Assembly (NCBI GenBank): GCA_035693125.1 | Contig: DASSHB010000031.1 | Coordinates: forward strand, 29,864 to 93,863 | Length of the DNA stretch: 64,000 nt | From: Candidatus Limnocylindrales bacterium | GTDB taxonomy: Bacteria > Chloroflexota > Limnocylindria > Limnocylindrales > CSP1-4 | Reading direction: 5' to 3' | Shown: positions 34,386-42,791 of the stretch, in pieces | Layout of the letters: every line of letters starts with the position of its first letter | How positions within the stretch are numbered: position 1 is the first letter of the stretch | Notes under the pieces: model-generated | What the model saw: the letters and a program-made list of their open reading frames with translations, nothing else | Database searches by the model: none | What the model was told of the DNA's origin: nothing | Translations under genes and position numbers: made by a program

Positions 34386-35641
34386 CCGGGGCGTCCGCCG
34401 TCAGCCAGACGCTCCATGCGTCGCCACCGGGCGCGGAGCCGCGCGAGGACGTCGTGGTGACCTACCTGGCGGGCCTTCCGAGCGAGGAGTCCGCCGCGCG
34501 CACCGCGGCCGACGCGTTCGCGCTCGGGCAGAGCCTCGGAACGTGGAAGCCCGTGCCGGGCATCACCGACGCCATGCGCCGCGACCACGGCGCACGCGTC
34601 GTGGAGCTCCGCAGGACGGATCGCGACGAGGTGGTCGGCGGCGTCCGGACCGACGGGCGGTGGGTGCTGTCGGTCGCGTTCCCGGTGATCAATCTCGGGT
34701 CGTCCCTGGCGATGCTCCTGACGACGGCGATCGGGAACGACCCCTCCACGTCGATCGCGATGCGCGTCGTCGGAATCGACGTCCCCGCGCGGTACGTCGA
34801 GCTGTTCCCCGGCCCGCGCTTCGGCGTCGAGGGCTGGCGGCGGGTGACCGGCGTCGCGGCCCGGCCGCTGCTGCTGAACATGATCAAGCCGTGCACCGGG
34901 TTCCCGCCCGAGGTGGGCGCCGGGTTCGCGGCCGAGAGCGCTCGGGGCGAGGTGGACCTGATCAAGGACGACGAGCTCCTGGCCGACCCGTCGTTCTCGC
35001 GGGTCGCCGACCGGACGAGGGCGTACGTGGCCGCGATCGATGCGGTCGCCGCCGAGACCGGCCGCGCAACTCGCTACGTCGCGCACGTCACGACGACGCC
35101 AGCGCGTCTCGCCCCCACGGCGCGGGCCGCGGTCGATGCCGGAGCCGGTGCCGTGATGGTCACGCCGCTCACGCTCGGGCTCGATGCGCTCGCCGAGCTC
35201 GCGGCGACGGCCGGCGTGCCGATCCTCGCCCATGTCGCGGGGATCGAGATGTGGACCGGCGCCGCCGAGGGCGGGATCGGCCACGGGGCGCTCGCGCGCC
35301 TCCTCCGACTCGCCGGCGCGGACGCCGTCCTCACGAGCACGCCCCATGCGCCGCGGCCACTCTCGGATGCCGCCTACGCGGCGGTCGCCGCCGGGTTGCG
35401 CGACGAGGTCGCCGGGGGCCGCGTGCGCGCCGCGCTGCCGATGCCCGGCGGCGGGATCACGGCCGATCACGTCGCGCCGATCGTCGCAGCGCTCGGGACG
35501 GACGTGATCATCGCCGTCGGAGGGGCGATCCAGGGCCATCCCGACGGAGCGGCGGCGGGCGGCCGCGCCGTCCGTGCCGCGATCGACGCGGCCGTCGCGC
35601 GCCGGCCGGCGCTCGCGGGGACCGGGGAGGACCGAGCGTGA
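34382..35641 (+). CDS. RuBisCO large-subunit-like protein (form IV RLP)
   Basis: GTGA overlap with the kinase stop. Motifs LLLNMIKPCTG, VDLIKDDELL, PILAHVAG, LLRLAGADAV, LPMPGGGI and VGGAIQGHPDG align by eye with the RuBisCO IKPK, KDDE, HRAMH, SGGIH and GGGTLGHPWG regions. There is no small-subunit or PRK gene in the window. Confidence 0.85.
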   Translation: MTGASAVSQTLHASPPGAEPREDVVVTYLAGLPSEESAARTAADAFALGQSLGTWKPVPGITDAMRRDHGARVVELRRTDRDEVVGGVRTDGRWVLSVAFPVINLGSSLAMLLTTAIGNDPSTSIAMRVVGIDVPARYVELFPGPRFGVEGWRRVTGVAARPLLLNMIKPCTGFPPEVGAGFAAESARGEVDLIKDDELLADPSFSRVADRTRAYVAAIDAVAAETGRATRYVAHVTTTPARLAPTARAAVDAGAGAVMVTPLTLGLDALAELAATAGVPILAHVAGIEMWTGAAEGGIGHGALARLLRLAGADAVLTSTPHAPRPLSDAAYAAVAAGLRDEVAGGRVRAALPMPGGGITADHVAPIVAALGTDVIIAVGGAIQGHPDGAAAGGRAVRAAIDAAVARRPALAGTGEDRA

Positions 35642-36426
35642 CGCCGCCGCTCATCGGCACGAGCTGGAAGATGAACCTGACGCCGAGCGAGGCGGCCCGC
35701 TGGTTCGCGGTCGCGCGGCCGCTCCTCGAGCCGCTCGCCGCGACCCGCGACCTGTTCGTCCTGCCGCCGTTCCCGGCGATCTTCGTCGCACGTGATGCGC
35801 TGGCCGGCAGCGCGATCGGGTGGGGCGGGCAGGACCTCCACGCCGACGACGGTGGCGCCCACACCGGCGACGTGTCCGGGGCGATGCTGGCCGACCTCGG
35901 GTCCCGCTACGTCGAGATGGGCCACTCCGAGCGGCGACGCGACCACGGGGAGACCGACGCGGAGGTCGCGGGCAAGGTCCGCGCGGCGTTCCGCTGGAAC
36001 CTCACCCCGATCGTGTGCGTCGGCGAGCGGATCCAGGGTCCGCTCGCGCCGGCTTGGCGGATCGTCGAGGGCCAGCTCGCCGGCGCGTTCGACGGCCTCG
36101 TGCCCGCGGACCTCGACCGCGTCGTCGTCGCGTACGAGCCGGTCTGGGCGATCGGCGAGGGCTCGGTCGCCGCGGACCCGGACCACGTCGCCGGAATCCA
36201 CGACGCGATCGACGCCTGGCTCGCCGCGCGGGGCGCGACGGCCCGGCGCGTCCTGTACGGCGGCAGCGTCGACGAGACGACCGCGGCCGCCCTGCTCGCC
36301 GTCTCGCACGTCGCCGGGCTGTTCGTCGGCCGAGCGGCCCTCGATCCAAATCGGTTCTCCGCGATCGCCGCGACGCCGATCCCGGCCACTCGCACCGGGT
36401 CCACGGTCACCGAGAGGAGCGCCTGA
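35638..36426 (+). CDS. Triosephosphate-isomerase-family protein (TpiA2/EryH-like)
   Basis: GTGA overlap with the RLP stop and GGAGGA upstream. Motifs GTSWKMN, EMGHSERR, AYEPVWAIGEG and LYGGSV. Confidence 0.85.
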   Translation: MTPPLIGTSWKMNLTPSEAARWFAVARPLLEPLAATRDLFVLPPFPAIFVARDALAGSAIGWGGQDLHADDGGAHTGDVSGAMLADLGSRYVEMGHSERRRDHGETDAEVAGKVRAAFRWNLTPIVCVGERIQGPLAPAWRIVEGQLAGAFDGLVPADLDRVVVAYEPVWAIGEGSVAADPDHVAGIHDAIDAWLAARGATARRVLYGGSVDETTAAALLAVSHVAGLFVGRAALDPNRFSAIAATPIPATRTGSTVTERSA

Positions 36427-36927
36427 ATGCCCACCGACACCCCGATCCTGCTCGGCGCCGACGACGCCGGCCTCGGCCTGCTCGAGATCATCGCCGACGA
36501 CCTGCGGACGCTCGGCCGGGCGGTCGAGACCTACCGCCCCGATGATCCGCTCCCGGACGACGCGACGACGCCGGCCGACGAGGTCGACTACCCCGACGTC
36601 GCCGAACGCGTCGCGAACGCGATCCGGAGCGGTCGATCGGACCGCGGGATCCTGATCTGCGGAACGGGGATCGGGATGGCGATCGCCGCCAACAAGGTGC
36701 CCGGCGTCCGGGCCGCCCAGGCCCACGACGTCTATTCCGCCGAGCGCGCGCGCAAGAGCAACGATGCCCAGATCCTCACCCTGGGCGCACGGGTCATCGG
36801 CCCCGAATCCGCCAAGACGGTCGTCCATGCCTGGCTCGAGTCCGAGTTCGCCGGCGGCGCGTCGACGCGGAAGGTCGCGAAGCTCGAGCGGTTGGACGAG
36901 CGGCGCTCGGCGGCGGAGCCGCGATAG
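36427..36927 (+). CDS. rpiB: RpiB/LacA/LacB-family sugar-phosphate isomerase (EryI-like context)
   Basis: The ATG directly follows the upstream TGA. Catalytic-Cys motif ILICGTGIGMAIAANK, plus SNDAQILTLGARVIG and WLESEFAGG. Confidence 0.8.
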   Translation: MPTDTPILLGADDAGLGLLEIIADDLRTLGRAVETYRPDDPLPDDATTPADEVDYPDVAERVANAIRSGRSDRGILICGTGIGMAIAANKVPGVRAAQAHDVYSAERARKSNDAQILTLGARVIGPESAKTVVHAWLESEFAGGASTRKVAKLERLDERRSAAEPR

Positions 36928-36933
36928 GCGGCG

Positions 36934-37725
36934 CTACGCGGACTCCGCGGACCGGGGCGCGGGTGGCCGGTCCCAGAGCGGTTCGGTCGTCTGCGGCGGC
37001 CAGACCTCGGGACCGCAGATGAACGCCCGAGGGCGCGGAGCCGGCACCTGGGAGTCGAGGAGCGCGACGACGACCGGCCGGATGTCGTCGAACGTCGACC
37101 ACTCGAGATACGGCCAGCCGCGGTCGGCGCAGATCGCGGCCAGGTGGTCCTTGGCGAAGACGAGGTCGGCGTGAGCGGCCGCGTACAGGTCGCTGAACCC
37201 GTCGCCGACGAACACGGTGTAGTCGCCGGCCGCCTGGTGGACGAGGATTCGCTGGCGTTTGCAGGTGCCGCACACGCGGCAGGCCGGGTGTCCGTCCGGG
37301 AAGTCGATCGCGACGCGTCCGGGCGGGAACGTCGTCCGCGCCGCGAACACCGGGAGGTCTCCGAGACCCAGCCGCGCCAGGGACGGCCCGACGAAGAAGC
37401 CGAACCCGTCGCTGACGACTTCGACGACCGCGCCCCGGCCGCGGAGCTCGTCGACGAAGGGGCGGAACGCCGGGTCGAGGTCCTCGCCCTCGGTCATCGT
37501 CGCGATCCGCTCCGTGGCGCCGTGGAGCAGCGCCGCCTGGCGGGTGAGGAGGGTCCGCGAGCCGATCGCTCCCTCGAGATATGCGGCTTCGAGCGGCGCC
37601 CAGGCGTCGAGGTCGGCGTAGCGCCGCATGACCTCGTCGGAGAGGTCCAGGCGAGCGATCGTCCCGTCGAAGTCGACGAGCACGACCAGCCTGGCCGCCC
37701 GGTCGACCGCCCCCGGACCGGTCAC
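36934..37725 (-). CDS. HAD-IB phosphatase, MtnX-like (2-hydroxy-3-keto-5-methylthiopentenyl-1-phosphate phosphatase family)
   Basis: VLVDFDGTI, VVSDGFGFF, the Cys cluster HPACRVCGTCK, and FVGDGFSDLYAAAHADLVFAKD. This layout is shared with Bacillus MtnX as I recall it. Confidence 0.7.
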   Translation of the reverse strand: MTGPGAVDRAARLVVLVDFDGTIARLDLSDEVMRRYADLDAWAPLEAAYLEGAIGSRTLLTRQAALLHGATERIATMTEGEDLDPAFRPFVDELRGRGAVVEVVSDGFGFFVGPSLARLGLGDLPVFAARTTFPPGRVAIDFPDGHPACRVCGTCKRQRILVHQAAGDYTVFVGDGFSDLYAAAHADLVFAKDHLAAICADRGWPYLEWSTFDDIRPVVVALLDSQVPAPRPRAFICGPEVWPPQTTEPLWDRPPAPRSAESA

Positions 37726-38534
37726 GAGCGGGGCGATGCCGGCGCGGCGCCCGCGGGCTGGCTTCGGCCCAGCCCTTCGAGCAGGAGCGGGACGTCGTCA
37801 CCGATGATCCCGTCGCAGCCCAGCTGCACGCTGCGCCGGATCGACTCGAGCGTATCGATCGGCCACGACCAGACCGCGGTTCCGGCGTCGTGGAGCGCCG
37901 CGACCACCTCCGGCGTCAGGTCCTCCCAGCGGTGCTGGAGGACGGCCGCGTCGAGGGCGACGGCCTGGCCGGTGGCGATCGAGGGATCCGAGCGGCCGGC
38001 CTCGGGCAGGCGCTCCGGCGCGAACAACGGGCTCCCCACCTCGGCCCGCGCCGCGGCGAGCGCCGCGTGGTCGAACGACGAGATGAACACCTGGTCGAGA
38101 AGGTCGCGATCGCGGAGGAGCCGGGCGACGGCGACGGCGGTGGCGGGTGCGTCCTCGGCGCTGCCTTTGATCTCGACGCACAGCAGCAGGCCCGCGCCGA
38201 CGATCAGCTCGATCGTGTCCTCGAGTGACGGGATCCGGGAGCCACGGAACCGCTCACCCCGCCAGCTGCCCGCATCCAGCGTCCGGACGCGATCCCAGTC
38301 GAGCTCCGCGATCGGCCCATGGCCGTCCGTCGTCCGGTCGACCGTCAGGTCGTGGAGCATGGCCAGCCGCCCGTCGCGGGTTCGCTGGACGTCCGTCTCG
38401 ATGCCCTCCGCGCCGAGCCGGATCGCCTCCTCGTAGGCCTCGAGCGTCTGCTCCGGGAAGGTGGCGCGCTGGCCGCGGTGAGCGATCGCGAGGGGCGTCG
38501 CCCGCCGAAACGGGTTGTCGACGCGACGGCTCAT
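37722..38534 (-). CDS. Glycerophosphodiester phosphodiesterase (GDPD) family protein
   Basis: Start MSRRVDNP at 38534. Motifs LAIAHRG, PEQTLEAYEEAIRLGAEGIETDVQRTRDG and HDLTVDRTT. NTGA overlaps occur at both ends. Confidence 0.85.
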   Translation of the reverse strand: MSRRVDNPFRRATPLAIAHRGQRATFPEQTLEAYEEAIRLGAEGIETDVQRTRDGRLAMLHDLTVDRTTDGHGPIAELDWDRVRTLDAGSWRGERFRGSRIPSLEDTIELIVGAGLLLCVEIKGSAEDAPATAVAVARLLRDRDLLDQVFISSFDHAALAAARAEVGSPLFAPERLPEAGRSDPSIATGQAVALDAAVLQHRWEDLTPEVVAALHDAGTAVWSWPIDTLESIRRSVQLGCDGIIGDDVPLLLEGLGRSQPAGAAPASPRS

Positions 38535-39637
38535 CCCGGGGCGTCGGCGGGCGCCGCGGGATCGGAGCCGAAGGGGATCAGCCGTCCCCCGCCCGGCTCG
38601 AAGCCGAGCGTGACCGGATCGTCGAGGTCGAGCCGGACCTCGGCGGTCGCCTCGCCCGGAACGTCGGCGAGGAGCAGCTCGTCCCCGACCCGGATCGTGA
38701 ACCGGGTCACGGCGCCCAGGAACGTCCGCTCGGCGATGCGCCCCGGCCAGCCGCCGGGATCGGCGCCGTCGGCGGCCGGGCTCACCCGGATCCGCTCGGG
38801 CCGGACGACCATGACGGCGCTGCTGCCGGCCGCGAACCGGCTGTCGGGGGCGACGCGAACCGTCCGGCCCTGCCACTCGACCTGGGATCCATCGCCGCCC
38901 GTGACCCGGACCGGCAGCCGGTTCGAGGTGCCCACGAACCGGGCGACGTACTCGTTCGCGGGGGCCGTGTAGATCTCCTCCGGCGTCCCGAGCTGCTCGA
39001 CCCGGCCGTCGCGCATCACCGCGACCCGGTCGGAGATCGAGAGGGCCTCCTCCTGGTCGTGGGTGATGTACATCGTGGCGATGCCGAGGCTCCGCTGGAT
39101 CCGCCGGATCTCGAGCCGGAGCGTCAGCCGGACGGCGGCGTCGAGCGCCGACAGCGGCTCGTCGAGGAGGAGGACCGGCGGCTCGATCGCGAGGGCGCGC
39201 GCGAGGGCCACCCGCTGCTGCTGGCCGCCGGACAGCTGATGGGGATAGCGGCCGGCGGCGTCGCCGATCTGGATGAGCTCCACGAGCTCGGCCACCTTGC
39301 GCTTGACGTCCGCCCGGGAGCGCTTGCGAACCGCGAGGCCGTAGCCGATGTTCTCGGCCGCGGTCATGTTCGGGAAGAGCGCGTACGACTGGAACACGAC
39401 GCCCATGCCCCGCTGGTTGGCGGGCTCGTGGGTCACGTCGCGGCCTTCGAGGAAGATCCGGCCGCGGTCGGCGGCCACGAGGCCGGCCACCATCCGCAGC
39501 GTCGTCGTCTTGCCGCAGCCGCTCGGGCCCACGAGGGATACGAGCTCGCCGCGGTCGATCACCAGATCAAGGCTGTCGACGGCGACGACACGACCGAACG
39601 TCTTGCGCAGCTGCTGGAGCTCGAGCTGGGTCACCAT
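38531..39637 (-). CDS. ABC importer ATP-binding protein (PotA/MalK-like)
   Basis: Walker A GPSGCGKTT, signature LSGGQQQR, Walker B LLLDEPLSALD, and a C-terminal TOBE-like regulatory domain. Confidence 0.9.
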   Translation of the reverse strand: MVTQLELQQLRKTFGRVVAVDSLDLVIDRGELVSLVGPSGCGKTTTLRMVAGLVAADRGRIFLEGRDVTHEPANQRGMGVVFQSYALFPNMTAAENIGYGLAVRKRSRADVKRKVAELVELIQIGDAAGRYPHQLSGGQQQRVALARALAIEPPVLLLDEPLSALDAAVRLTLRLEIRRIQRSLGIATMYITHDQEEALSISDRVAVMRDGRVEQLGTPEEIYTAPANEYVARFVGTSNRLPVRVTGGDGSQVEWQGRTVRVAPDSRFAAGSSAVMVVRPERIRVSPAADGADPGGWPGRIAERTFLGAVTRFTIRVGDELLLADVPGEATAEVRLDLDDPVTLGFEPGGGRLIPFGSDPAAPADAPG

Positions 39638-39706
39638 CGCGTCCCCTCTGGTCGGCGGCGGATTGGCCTGCGCTGGCTTGACATGGAGTGTAGCGTGGTC
39701 GAGGTC

Positions 39707-39740
39707 AGACGTTATACCTCATACGTCTTCCCGTCTAGAC
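39707..39740. promoter_or_regulatory. Candidate HutC-type operator cluster in a divergent intergenic region
   Basis: AGACGT (39707-39712), a 10-nt spacer, ACGTCT within CTCATACGTCTTC (39718-39730), and the perfect palindrome GTCTAGAC (39733-39740). The last is the core of DasR-like HutC operators. Confidence 0.45.
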
Positions 39741-39767
39741 CGCGTTTGGCAGAGGGACCAGCCGACC

Positions 39768-40556
39768 GTGACGTTGATCGGCCAGGCGAAGCTCGCCTCC
39801 AGGGTGCGCGAAGAGGTCCGCGACCGGATCCGCGACGGCCGGTTCTCGGACGGCGTCCAGCTGCCCCCCGAGGTCGAGCTCGCGACGTCCCTCGGCGTCA
39901 GCCGGACGACGGTCCGCGAGGCGCTCCTCCAGCTGGAGCAGGAAGGCCTGCTCATCCGGCGCCACGGCCACGGGACGTTCGTCCGCTCCGCGGCCCGCCT
40001 GCGCGGCAGCCTCAACGCGAACCTGAGCGCCACGGAGGTGATCCGCGGCCACGGGATGGAGCCCGGGACGAGCCACGCCCGGATCGAGGAGGTCGCGCTC
40101 GATGACGACGCCGCCGCGAGCCTCGGGCTGGCCCCGGGCGCAGCGGCGGTCCGCCTCGAACGGGTCCGGACGGCCGACGGGCGGCCGGTGATCTTCACGG
40201 TGGACGTCATCCCCGCCAGCCTCTTCCGGTCGAGCGGCGTCCCGCTCCAGAGCCTCCTCGATTCCGGCCTGTCGCTGTATCGCCTGTATGCCGATCGCCT
40301 CGGCCGGTCGATCACGGACGGTCAGGCGTCGATCCGGCTCACTCGCGCGGACGCCCTGGTGGCCGACCGCCTCGGGATCCCCGCCGGGAGCCCGATCCTG
40401 CGCCTCGAACAGGTCGACGCGACGGCGGAGGGCGAGCCCGTCCTCTTCTCGGTGGAGTCGTACGTCGCCGACACGTTCGAGTTCAGCGTCCATCGTCGAG
40501 GGCCGGCTCTCGAGGCCCTCCCGACTCGGGCCCGGCCGGCCCGACCGAGCGGATGA
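39768..40556 (+). CDS. GntR-family transcriptional regulator, HutC subfamily
   Basis: GTG at 39768 with GAGGGA about 10 nt upstream. LPPEVELATSLGVSRTTVREALLQLEQEGLLIRRHGHGTFV plus a UTRA-like domain. Confidence 0.85.
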   Translation: MTLIGQAKLASRVREEVRDRIRDGRFSDGVQLPPEVELATSLGVSRTTVREALLQLEQEGLLIRRHGHGTFVRSAARLRGSLNANLSATEVIRGHGMEPGTSHARIEEVALDDDAAASLGLAPGAAAVRLERVRTADGRPVIFTVDVIPASLFRSSGVPLQSLLDSGLSLYRLYADRLGRSITDGQASIRLTRADALVADRLGIPAGSPILRLEQVDATAEGEPVLFSVESYVADTFEFSVHRRGPALEALPTRARPARPSG

Positions 40557-40689
40557 GGCGCCGTGCCCGACGCGGACCGTGAACGGGTCGCCGCGGCCCG
40601 GAACCCCATCTGACCGGTCGCGGGCCGGAGGGCCCTCGACCACCAACCGACCATCGCGCAACCGGGATCGAATCTGTGGAGGAGGACGA

Positions 40690-41826
40690 ATGCATCGACG
40701 ACGCTCAGCGATCGGCTCGATCGGGCTGACCTTGATCCTCGTGGCCGCCTGCGGCAGCACGGCTTCGCCGTCGCCGTCGAGCAGCGGCGCCGGCGCGAGT
40801 GCCGGAACGGGATCGAGCGGCCCGGACGCCTCGGCCGTCATCGCGGACCTCGTGACGAAGGCGAAGGCCGAAGGCGCGCTGAACAGCTACGGCATGCCGC
40901 CCGACTGGACGAACTTCGGCGCGATCTGGGACAAGTTCCTGCCGACCTACGGCCTGACCCACACCGACACCGACATGTCGAGCGCGGAGGAGATCCAGAA
41001 GTTCGACGCCGAGAAGAACAACCCGGTCTCCGACCAGGGCGACATCGGGATCCAGTTCGGCCCGGTCGCCGTGTCGTCCGGCACGGTCCAGCCGTACAAG
41101 CCGACCCGCTGGGACCTGATCCCCGACTACGCCAAGGACCCCGACGGCAACTGGATGTGCTGGTACACCGGCACGATCTCCTTCGCCGTGAACACGGCGC
41201 TCGTGCCGAACGTGCCCAAGAGCTGGGCCGATCTGCTCAAGCCCGAGTACAAGGGCACCGTCGCGATCAGCGACCCGCGGAACGCCGCACAGGGCTCGAT
41301 GACGGTCCTCGCCGCGGCCCTGGCCAACGGCGGCTCCGAGACGAACATCGACCCGGGCCTGAAGTACTTCGATGACCTCAACAAGGCCGGCAACCTGACG
41401 TCGGTCGCCCCGAGCAAGGCCAACATCGAGAAGGGCGAGGCGAAGATCTCGATCCTGTGGGACTACAACGCCCTGCCGGTTCGCGACGACCTCGCCGCGG
41501 CCAGCCCGGCGGTGCCGATCGAGGTCGTGATCCCGAGCGACGGGACGACCCAGGCCCCCTACTGCCACATCATCAACAAGTACGCCGCGCATCCCAACGC
41601 GGCCAAGCTGTTCCGGGAGTACATCCTGACCGACGAGGCGCAGGTGCTCCAGGCGCAGAAGTACGCCCGACCGTTGGTCAAGGGCGTCCAGATCCCCGCC
41701 GACCTGGCCTCGAAGTTCCCGGCCGAGTCGCAGTACGCTGCGGTCAAGCCGATCCAGGACTGGAAGGCCGCGGCCGACGCGATCGCCCGGCTGGCGACCG
41801 AGTGGACCATCGAGGTCGGAGCCTGA
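40690..41826 (+). CDS. ABC transporter substrate-binding lipoprotein (PotD / family-1 SBP-like)
   Basis: ATG behind GGAGGAGGA. Signal peptide with a lipobox (LILVAACGS), then a Ser/Gly linker and a periplasmic binding fold. Confidence 0.85.
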   Translation: MHRRRSAIGSIGLTLILVAACGSTASPSPSSSGAGASAGTGSSGPDASAVIADLVTKAKAEGALNSYGMPPDWTNFGAIWDKFLPTYGLTHTDTDMSSAEEIQKFDAEKNNPVSDQGDIGIQFGPVAVSSGTVQPYKPTRWDLIPDYAKDPDGNWMCWYTGTISFAVNTALVPNVPKSWADLLKPEYKGTVAISDPRNAAQGSMTVLAAALANGGSETNIDPGLKYFDDLNKAGNLTSVAPSKANIEKGEAKISILWDYNALPVRDDLAAASPAVPIEVVIPSDGTTQAPYCHIINKYAAHPNAAKLFREYILTDEAQVLQAQKYARPLVKGVQIPADLASKFPAESQYAAVKPIQDWKAAADAIARLATEWTIEVGA

Positions 41827-41936
41827 CGTCGTCCTCCTCCTCAAGCGGGATCCGCGTCCCCGCCGCCCATCGGGCGGCGGGGACGTCCCGCACCGAGGAC
41901 GAGGCCGGACGCCAACAGCTGAGGTGAGCCGCTGAC

Positions 41937-42791
41937 ATGTCGGGTCGGACGTGGAGCCGGGTGGGGCTCATTCTCGCCTTCGCCCCATTCCTGATCTTCT
42001 GCGCGATGTTCGAGCTGATCCCGACGGGCGCCCTGCTGCTCGGCAGCGTGGGTGGCGTCGAGCGCCACAGCCTCGAATGGATCGCGAAGGTCTTCACGAA
42101 CGCGACGTTCCAGCGCTCCATCCTGAACTCGCTCCTGCTGGCGGTCACCAGCTCGCTCCTCGGAGCGATCCTCGGGACGGCCGTCGGCTACGCGGTCACG
42201 CGAACCCGGCATGACCGGATCCGGCGGGCGCTCGTGGCCCTCGCCTCGCTCAGCTCGAATGCAGGCGGGATCTCGCTGGGCTTCGCGTTCATCACGATCC
42301 TGGGCTCGGCCGGGATGATCACGATCCTGCTCCGCCAGTTCGGGATCGACCTGATGTCGTTCTTCTCGATCTACTCCGTGATCGGGCTGATCGTCGTGTA
42401 CCTGTACTTCCAGGTGCCGCTGATGATCGTCCTGATGCTGCCGGCGTTCACCGCCCTGAAGGCGGACTGGGCGGAGGCCTCGGCCTCCCTCGGTGGCACC
42501 GGCCGCGACTTCTGGCGGCGGGTGGGGGTTCCCGTGCTGATGCCGTCGATCGTGGCCGGGACGGTCCTCCTCTTCGTGAGCTCGATGGGTGCCTACGCCA
42601 CCGCCCAGGCGCTGATCGGCAGCCGGATCAACCTGATGACGATCCAGATCTCGATCCTCCGCCGCGGCGAGATCCTGTACCAGCCCGCCCAGGCCGACGC
42701 CATGGCGACCGTCCTGCTCCTGATGGTCGCGCTGTCCGTCCTGGCCTACCACCTCATCCAGCGGCGCGCCCAGCGGTGGATCAAGGCATGA
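41937..42791 (+). CDS. ABC transporter permease (PotB-like)
   Basis: 284 aa with six hydrophobic segments, and an EAA-like loop around ..WAEASASLGGTGRDFWRRVGVPVL.. Confidence 0.85.
   Translation: MSGRTWSRVGLILAFAPFLIFCAMFELIPTGALLLGSVGGVERHSLEWIAKVFTNATFQRSILNSLLLAVTSSLLGAILGTAVGYAVTRTRHDRIRRALVALASLSSNAGGISLGFAFITILGSAGMITILLRQFGIDLMSFFSIYSVIGLIVVYLYFQVPLMIVLMLPAFTALKADWAEASASLGGTGRDFWRRVGVPVLMPSIVAGTVLLFVSSMGAYATAQALIGSRINLMTIQISILRRGEILYQPAQADAMATVLLLMVALSVLAYHLIQRRAQRWIKA

Noticed and set aside
34382-35641. Bona fide CO2-fixing RuBisCO (Calvin cycle).
   Set aside because: There is no small subunit, phosphoribulokinase or other CBB gene nearby. IKPK is changed to IKPC, the HRAMH Arg/His are lost, and I see no loop-6 Lys. 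These features are typical of form IV RLPs.
29184-37725. A canonical methionine-salvage (mtn) locus as the explanation for the RLP plus the MtnX-like HAD.
   Set aside because: No MtnK (APH-fold MTR kinase), MtnA (eIF2B-like isomerase) or MtnD (cupin dioxygenase) is adjacent. Instead the RLP is coupled to an FGGY kinase and TpiA/RpiB-type isomerases. This is kept only as an alternative mechanistic analogy.
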